Source of the DNA: Candidatus Aphodoplasma sp.
Lineage (GTDB): Bacteria > Bacillota > Clostridia > UBA1381 > UMGS1253
Length of the DNA: 64,000 bases
Assembly (NCBI GenBank): GCA_045541115.1
Contig: JAZQIM010000014.1
Coordinates: 65,832-129,831, forward strand
Direction: 5' to 3'
The number at the start of each line of letters is the position of its first letter. Within the stretch, counting starts at the first letter, position 1. Shown piece after piece: positions 33,867 to 37,598 of this stretch. The position numbers and the translations under genes are program-made. Below the pieces are notes generated by a model. The model was not told where the DNA came from. It saw only the letters and a program-made list of their open reading frames with translations, and did no database searches.

Positions 33867-34805
33867 TTAAAAAATATTTTGCTTTTCGGTAAATTTGATT
33901 TTATCTATCAACCATTTTTTATAACCCATCATTTCGACATTTGCCGCATCTACTGATAAAACATAATTAACCTTTCCAAGCAATTTTTTCAAATAATCTT
34001 GTTCACTTATATCGAGCTGTTTTTTCTGTAAATGAGATGCTACACCAAATTTTTTACAGTAATACAATTCCTGTCTGATTTTCTTTCTGTATGACAACGA
34101 TGTATTTATTTTTTCATTTACTATAATACCTGTAACAATCTGTTTTTGTCCTTTGCGAGCAACAGTCGTTTTTGCATCATTAAGATAAAAACCCATTTTT
34201 TTAAGCTCTTCTTTTACAAACTCAATCACTTCTCTGTGGTTAAAAGCACCTGAAAAAGTCATATCATCGCAATATCTGCTATATCTTATTTTTCTTTCTT
34301 TACACCATGCACCAACTGCATTATCAAAGTCTTTCATAATAATATTTGAAATAATCGGTGATGTTGGTGCACCCTGAGGCAAAGCATCTTTATATAAGCA
34401 AAGTATTGATAACAAAATACGATTCTTTTCTGAGTATTTTTCTTTAACAAAAACCTTTTCTTTAACCATAGGATAAATTATGTGGTCAAAGAAATGTCTG
34501 ATATCCAATTTAAGTATAGTATTTTGCTTAAGGTGTGGATAAGCATTCTTAACGGTTGAAGCACCATATTTATATGCTGTTGCATATGGTGAAACCTCTT
34601 CATATACAAGAAGTTTTTCAGCTATTCTTTTTTGCACTGCCTTCAAAAATTCATTTGGAACAGAAAGTTCTCTATATTCTCCGTTCTTTTTCAAAATTTT
34701 TGTTTGATAATAGTGTGAATGAATATGGTTGCTAAGCGAGTATAATGCTTTTGCTGAAACACCAAGGTCATTCGTCAAAGAGGAAAGCTCCTTATATACA
34801 ATCAT
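33867..34805 (-). CDS. Retron-type reverse transcriptase
   Basis: 312 aa from ATG 34805 (AGGAGG 8-13 nt upstream). RT blocks LDIRHFF and LPQGAPTSPIISN, and catalytic YCDD (nt 34263-34274). Retron signatures NAYPH (NAxxH, nt 34533-34547) and VTG (nt 34128-34136). No maturase or endonuclease domains. Confidence 0.88.
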   Translation of the reverse strand: MIVYKELSSLTNDLGVSAKALYSLSNHIHSHYYQTKILKKNGEYRELSVPNEFLKAVQKRIAEKLLVYEEVSPYATAYKYGASTVKNAYPHLKQNTILKLDIRHFFDHIIYPMVKEKVFVKEKYSEKNRILLSILCLYKDALPQGAPTSPIISNIIMKDFDNAVGAWCKERKIRYSRYCDDMTFSGAFNHREVIEFVKEELKKMGFYLNDAKTTVARKGQKQIVTGIIVNEKINTSLSYRKKIRQELYYCKKFGVASHLQKKQLDISEQDYLKKLLGKVNYVLSVDAANVEMMGYKKWLIDKIKFTEKQNIF

Positions 34806-34830
34806 TATTAAACTTTCCTCCTTTCTGAAT

Positions 34831-35009
34831 GTTGTGGAACAAAACAATGTGAATTACGATGTTGTGTAGCTGTATTTTAGCCCATGAAGTGGGCATTTAT
34901 ATACAGCGAAATCAACTTCGTATGAACGAAGTGAATACTTATAAATGTTACTTCCCAACAACGACTCGTTGTCGGTGTCAAAGTTTATTGACTTGCTCTT
35001 ATGTTCCAC
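34831..35009 (-). ncRNA. Predicted retron msr-msd non-coding RNA
   Basis: Read on the minus strand. a1 is GTGGAACAtAA (35009-34999) and pairs with a2 TTtTGTTCCAC (34844-34834). Candidate branching G at 34998 (or 34996, in an AGC). Hairpins at 34977-34992, 34955-34975, 34915-34932 and 34869-34907. a2 ends 29 nt before the RT ATG. A TATAAT box lies 7 nt upstream of a1. Confidence 0.55.
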
Positions 35010-35015
35010 TTTTTT

Positions 35016-35021
35016 ATTATA
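35016..35021 (-). promoter_or_regulatory. -10 box (TATAAT) positioned to start transcription at the a1 arm of the predicted retron RNA
   Basis: The minus strand reads tttcagTATAATaaaaaaGTGGAACA. The upstream region is AT-rich and has no good -35 hexamer. Confidence 0.35.
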
Positions 35022-35086
35022 CTGAAATCACTATCCTATAAAAAGGACAATGAAACAATAAACCAATTTGAGAACTACATATTACT

Positions 35087-35108
35087 TTTCGACATTATTC
35101 GACATTCT
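35087..35108. repeat. Junction module U, orphan copy upstream of the retron promoter (no ORF, RBS lost)
   Basis: Minus strand: gaaTGTCGAAtaaTGTCGAAAag, a tandem TGTCGAA at a 10-nt period. Confidence 0.7.
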
Positions 35109-35112
35109 TTAT

Positions 35113-35149
35113 ATTGCGACACATAAGGTTTAGATGCAAGTGTTTTTAA
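35113..35149. repeat. Junction module D, copy 2 (3' side of the 136-aa ORF, upstream of the retron RNA)
   Basis: attgcgaCAcataaggtttagatgcaAGTGtttttaa, with core at 35122-35138. Direct orientation, 1307 bp from copy 1. Confidence 0.8.
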
Positions 35150-35187
35150 GATCAAGTTCGTGGTCAGTAAGGAGTAAAAACATCTTT

Positions 35188-35598
35188 TCATTGGAACCTA
35201 TTCGTCGGAATACTTCCCCACCTTAATCCGCTATACAATAATGCATCAATGTGCGAAATCAAATTTAACAACACCATTTCTCTATTTATATCGAACTTAT
35301 GCTCATCGTCACCTTTAAATTCGTGAGATTTTTCATCTAAGTTTACAAATGTCTCCAAGGTTATATATTCTAACAGATTTGCTTCTGGTCCCACAATAAT
35401 ATCACCTTTTTCAAATGAGTAATATGGATTTGCAAACCCCACTTTTTCGGTTCCGTCGAGCAATGTGCATTTTATTTTCATACCATGACAATGCTTGATG
35501 GTAATTCTATTAATACTTTCTGTTTTTTCAATTTTACCATTTTTATAGTAAGTAATTATATTCATGTTGGTATATAACCTTTCTACAATATTTGACAC
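35188..35598 (-). CDS. Hypothetical protein (125-136 aa), directly upstream of the retron RNA
   Basis: The ORF track start at 35598 is a GTG; ATG 35565 (MNIITYYKNGK...) is an alternative start. Beta-rich N-terminal half and helical C-terminal half. No family recognised. Confidence 0.45.
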   Translation of the reverse strand: MSNIVERLYTNMNIITYYKNGKIEKTESINRITIKHCHGMKIKCTLLDGTEKVGFANPYYSFEKGDIIVGPEANLLEYITLETFVNLDEKSHEFKGDDEHKFDINREMVLLNLISHIDALLYSGLRWGSIPTNRFQ

Positions 35599-35600
35599 AC
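35578..35600. repeat. Junction module U, diverged copy at the 5' end of the 136-aa ORF
   Basis: Minus strand gtgtgtcaaatattgtagaaagg matches the 35904-35924 copy at 16 of 22 positions by my alignment. Confidence 0.45.
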
Positions 35601-35614
35601 TTTGCTATGCTTTA

Positions 35615-35642
35615 TGTTAAGTTAGGACAAAAGATTATTCTG
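35615..35642. repeat. Junction module G at the 3' end of the 85-aa ORF (covers the last codon, the stop and ~20 nt)
   Basis: Minus strand: cagaataatcttttgtcctaacttaacat. Confidence 0.7.
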
Positions 35643-35892
35643 TAACCTCTACAATTCCTTTTGACTCTAAAAATCCAATTAGCTTTTCAAGATATGCTAA
35701 TCGTTCGTGGTTTATCGGCGGATTTTCCATATATCCTAAATCACCACCAACACTTTCATAACTTTCTTCGCAATAACACATATGCAAAAGATATCCCCAT
35801 TCCAATTCAGCGCTACCTTCATTCAATAGCTTTTCAAATGTTTCAATCGGCTCATTTTCAAACATCATCATTATTAAATCATGTTCTTTCAT
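35635..35892 (-). CDS. Hypothetical small acidic protein (85 aa), immunity-protein-like in size and composition
   Basis: Good RBS (AAAGGAGA 9 nt before the ATG). No motif recognised. Confidence 0.45.
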   Translation of the reverse strand: MKEHDLIMMMFENEPIETFEKLLNEGSAELEWGYLLHMCYCEESYESVGGDLGYMENPPINHERLAYLEKLIGFLESKGIVEVTE

Positions 35893-35903
35893 TTTAAAGT
35901 TCT

Positions 35904-35924
35904 CCTTTCGACATCTTTCGACAC
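35904..35924. repeat. Junction module U at the 5' end of the 85-aa ORF (includes its RBS)
   Basis: Minus strand: gTGTCGAAAgaTGTCGAAAGGAGa, followed by the ATG. Confidence 0.75.
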
Positions 35925-35937
35925 ATCCATATGGTTC

Positions 35938-35965
35938 ATGTCGGATTAGGACAAAAATTATTCTG
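35938..35965. repeat. Junction module G at the 3' end of the PsiE-like ORF
   Basis: Minus strand cagaataatttttgtcctaatccgacat matches about 22 of 26 positions of the 35615-35642 copy. Confidence 0.7.
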
Positions 35966-36386
35966 CCTTCTCATTATCAGCAATCTCTACAAAACCGTCG
36001 GGGGTTTCTACCATATCATGACGATTGAACAAAAATCTTCTGACAACAAAAAGTATCGCAATAGCTGCAACTGTAATCAAATTTTCCCAAGGGGCAGCAT
36101 GTCCTACTATCAACTGTCGGGCAAGGGCAAACGCTAAAACCTCAATAATGGTTTCAGGGGTGTGCTTGCAAAGCATTTTTATAAGCTCAGCACCAATAGC
36201 AAGTGTAATTGCCCTATCCAAAATCACGACAAGCGAATCTATACCGTGTTCAATAAACGAAATATTAAACATATCTATCACTATCCACACAGCCAGAATG
36301 ACTACTGCAAGGCTCACAATAAGTGATATAAAAAGCTCTATAAGATAGCTTATCTCAAACATTTTGTCTTGAAGTTTTTTTCTCAT
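35958..36386 (-). CDS. PsiE-like (phosphate-starvation-inducible E family) small membrane protein
   Basis: 142 aa, four TM segments. The pattern AIGAELIKML ... LAFALARQLIV.H..PWE.L...AIAILFVVRRF parallels E. coli PsiE as I recall it. Confidence 0.5.
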   Translation of the reverse strand: MRKKLQDKMFEISYLIELFISLIVSLAVVILAVWIVIDMFNISFIEHGIDSLVVILDRAITLAIGAELIKMLCKHTPETIIEVLAFALARQLIVGHAAPWENLITVAAIAILFVVRRFLFNRHDMVETPDGFVEIADNEKAE

Positions 36387-36430
36387 AATATTTTCTCCTT
36401 TGTATTTGATTTTGCATTTATCCGTTTATG

Positions 36431-36462
36431 AAGACTGTATAATCCGGATGCCAATCTTTTTT
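36431..36462. repeat. Junction module H, copy 2 (degenerate), upstream of the PsiE-like gene
   Basis: aagactgtataatccggatgccaatctttttt compared with aagactgtgtaaactggatgacagtcttttttt. Confidence 0.65.
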
Positions 36463-37006
36463 AACAATAATTAGTGTAGAAATATCCCTTATTTACATAT
36501 TCACTAACCAAATCTGATTTTTTATCTATTTCACCTGTAACCAACTTTAAATATGTATAAAATATACGTATTTCTTCTCTATCCAAAGTCATAGTAAAAA
36601 CATTTGAACCCATAGCACCATCGTCGCACCAAAAATGAATATTAAAATCAACAGATATATCCAATGTTACAGAGCCATCCTTATACCAAACTTTACCCGG
36701 CTCACTGTATAATGTTGTTATTGGACTCATATCAAATTCAAAATCGGGTTCTGCAAATCTAACAGTGCATCTTTCTTTCATATTTCCTTCTAGCAAATCT
36801 TTAAATACACTTTTCAAATAGTCTATTTCATCGTTTAGAAAAGCCTCCCAACCTTCAATATTATAATTAATGTACTTACTTTTTAAGGAAAAGTTTGTGT
36901 TGCACCAATCATAATCTACAGTCTCTTCAGTCGGTTTTTTATAATTATATATTTCAAACCATAAGTCCACATCACATATATTCATATGCAATTTCAACTT
37001 TTCCAC
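36461..37006 (-). CDS. Hypothetical protein, tentatively WapI-like immunity protein
   Basis: 181 aa. The segment DYDWCNTNFSLKS...FLNDEIDYLKSVFKDLLEG recalls the WapI pattern DYWDANWLK...L..DLKRFYESLQKL. The true start may be an internal TTG or ATG (about 36994 or 36985). Confidence 0.35.
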   Translation of the reverse strand: MEKLKLHMNICDVDLWFEIYNYKKPTEETVDYDWCNTNFSLKSKYINYNIEGWEAFLNDEIDYLKSVFKDLLEGNMKERCTVRFAEPDFEFDMSPITTLYSEPGKVWYKDGSVTLDISVDFNIHFWCDDGAMGSNVFTMTLDREEIRIFYTYLKLVTGEIDKKSDLVSEYVNKGYFYTNYC

Positions 37007-37008
37007 CT

Positions 37009-37031
37009 CCTTTCAACAAATTTCGACATTC
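37009..37031. repeat. Junction module U at the 5' end of the 181-aa ORF (includes its RBS)
   Basis: Minus strand: gaaTGTCGAAAtttgTTGAAAGGAGG. Confidence 0.7.
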
Positions 37032-37067
37032 TTACTATCATCACCTTATCTTAAGCCAAAAACTCTA

Positions 37068-37385
37068 TTAGTCGTCTGCATCTTCATCAAACGCTTCAAT
37101 ATAAAAGCTTACAGGTCTAAAGCCGTCATTACATGAAATCATTGCCGACCTTTTATTTTTCATCCATCCATTATATAAATTTTCGCCGCCATGTGACAGG
37201 GCCATTACAAAAGAGGACATACTTTCCCAGGCACTATCACATAAACCATCGGGCTTTTTCCATCCGTTTGCGATAAAAGTTTGCCCTTCCTTCAAATCGC
37301 AGGCATGCTCTATCGGATTTTCATATTTTTCTATTAAATCATCATAACGGGCCATTCTCATAACTGTTATTCTGCATTTTTTCAT
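37068..37385 (-). CDS. TIGR04076-family small protein
   Basis: 105 aa. MKKCRITV...C.L.EGQTF...P.G.C..AW......CNDGFRPV.F.IE matches my recollection of the TIGR04076 consensus. Confidence 0.55.
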   Translation of the reverse strand: MKKCRITVMRMARYDDLIEKYENPIEHACDLKEGQTFIANGWKKPDGLCDSAWESMSSFVMALSHGGENLYNGWMKNKRSAMISCNDGFRPVSFYIEAFDEDADD

Positions 37386-37441
37386 AGTAATTCTCCTTTT
37401 ATAGTGCTACACTATTGACAAAATCAAAAATCTATCAATTC

Positions 37442-37470
37442 ATTTTATCATTAAATCTACGGATAGTCAA
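37442..37470 (-). promoter_or_regulatory. Sigma-A-type promoter for the small-ORF array (TTGACT-17-TAAAAT)
   Basis: Minus strand: -35 at 37470-37465 and -10 at 37447-37442. It lies downstream of the GGDEF gene terminator and about 55 nt upstream of the TIGR04076 ATG. Confidence 0.5.
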
Positions 37471-37488
37471 TTTCATCCACAAAACTTT

Positions 37489-37525
37489 ATAAAAAAAGCT
37501 TTAAAACAATACGTTTTAAAGCTTT
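37489..37525 (-). terminator. Intrinsic terminator after the GGDEF gene, separating it from the small-ORF array
   Basis: 13-bp stem aaagctttaaaac/gttttaaagcttt with T7 on the minus strand. Confidence 0.8.
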
Positions 37526-37598
37526 TCGTTAAAGCACATTATTTCTTTCCGCAAACAAGTTCTATGATTAAAGCACCCATATCAATCATTAGAACAAA

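Noticed and set aside
33867-34847. Group II intron, or an Abi- or DRT-type reverse transcriptase.
   Set aside because: At 312 aa there is no maturase (X) or endonuclease domain, and no intron domain V/VI-like RNA flanks it. The retron-specific motifs and an a1/a2-bounded structured RNA directly upstream fit a retron better.
34806-34847. A longer RT start (MFCSTTFRKEESLI...), as in the ORF track.
   Set aside because: The extension has no RBS and overlaps the a2 arm and the AGGAGG that serves ATG 34805. The shorter start is preferred.
34859-35041. A 60-aa plus-strand ORF inside the retron non-coding region.
   Set aside because: It has no RBS, lies antisense to the structured RNA, and its composition is dictated by the hairpins. 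It is probably spurious.
35075-35080. ATG-TAG (a start codon immediately followed by a stop) downstream of the orphan U module, read as the remnant of a deleted cassette ORF.
   Set aside because: Its spacing from the U module differs from the intact cassettes (6 nt versus 13 nt), so the ATG is probably coincidental. Only the loss of the RBS/ORF is reported.
33806-35149. Diversity-generating retroelement, with the RT plus a repeat pair acting as TR/VR.
   Set aside because: The repeats are only about 38 bp and non-coding, and they do not show adenine-specific mismatches. The RT has retron signatures (NAxxH, VTG) rather than the DGR-type motif 4, and there is no target gene with a variable C-terminus.
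35615-35965. Integron-like attC sites between the small ORFs. The G module contains TCCTAAC/GTTAGGA, close to the RYYYAAC/GTTRRRY core sites, immediately after stop codons.
   Set aside because: Each spacer has only one near-core site (6 of 7 matches) and no matching partner core at attC distance. There is no convincing attC-type imperfect palindrome and no IntI integrase or attI in the window. I kept it as a generic cassette-junction observation instead.
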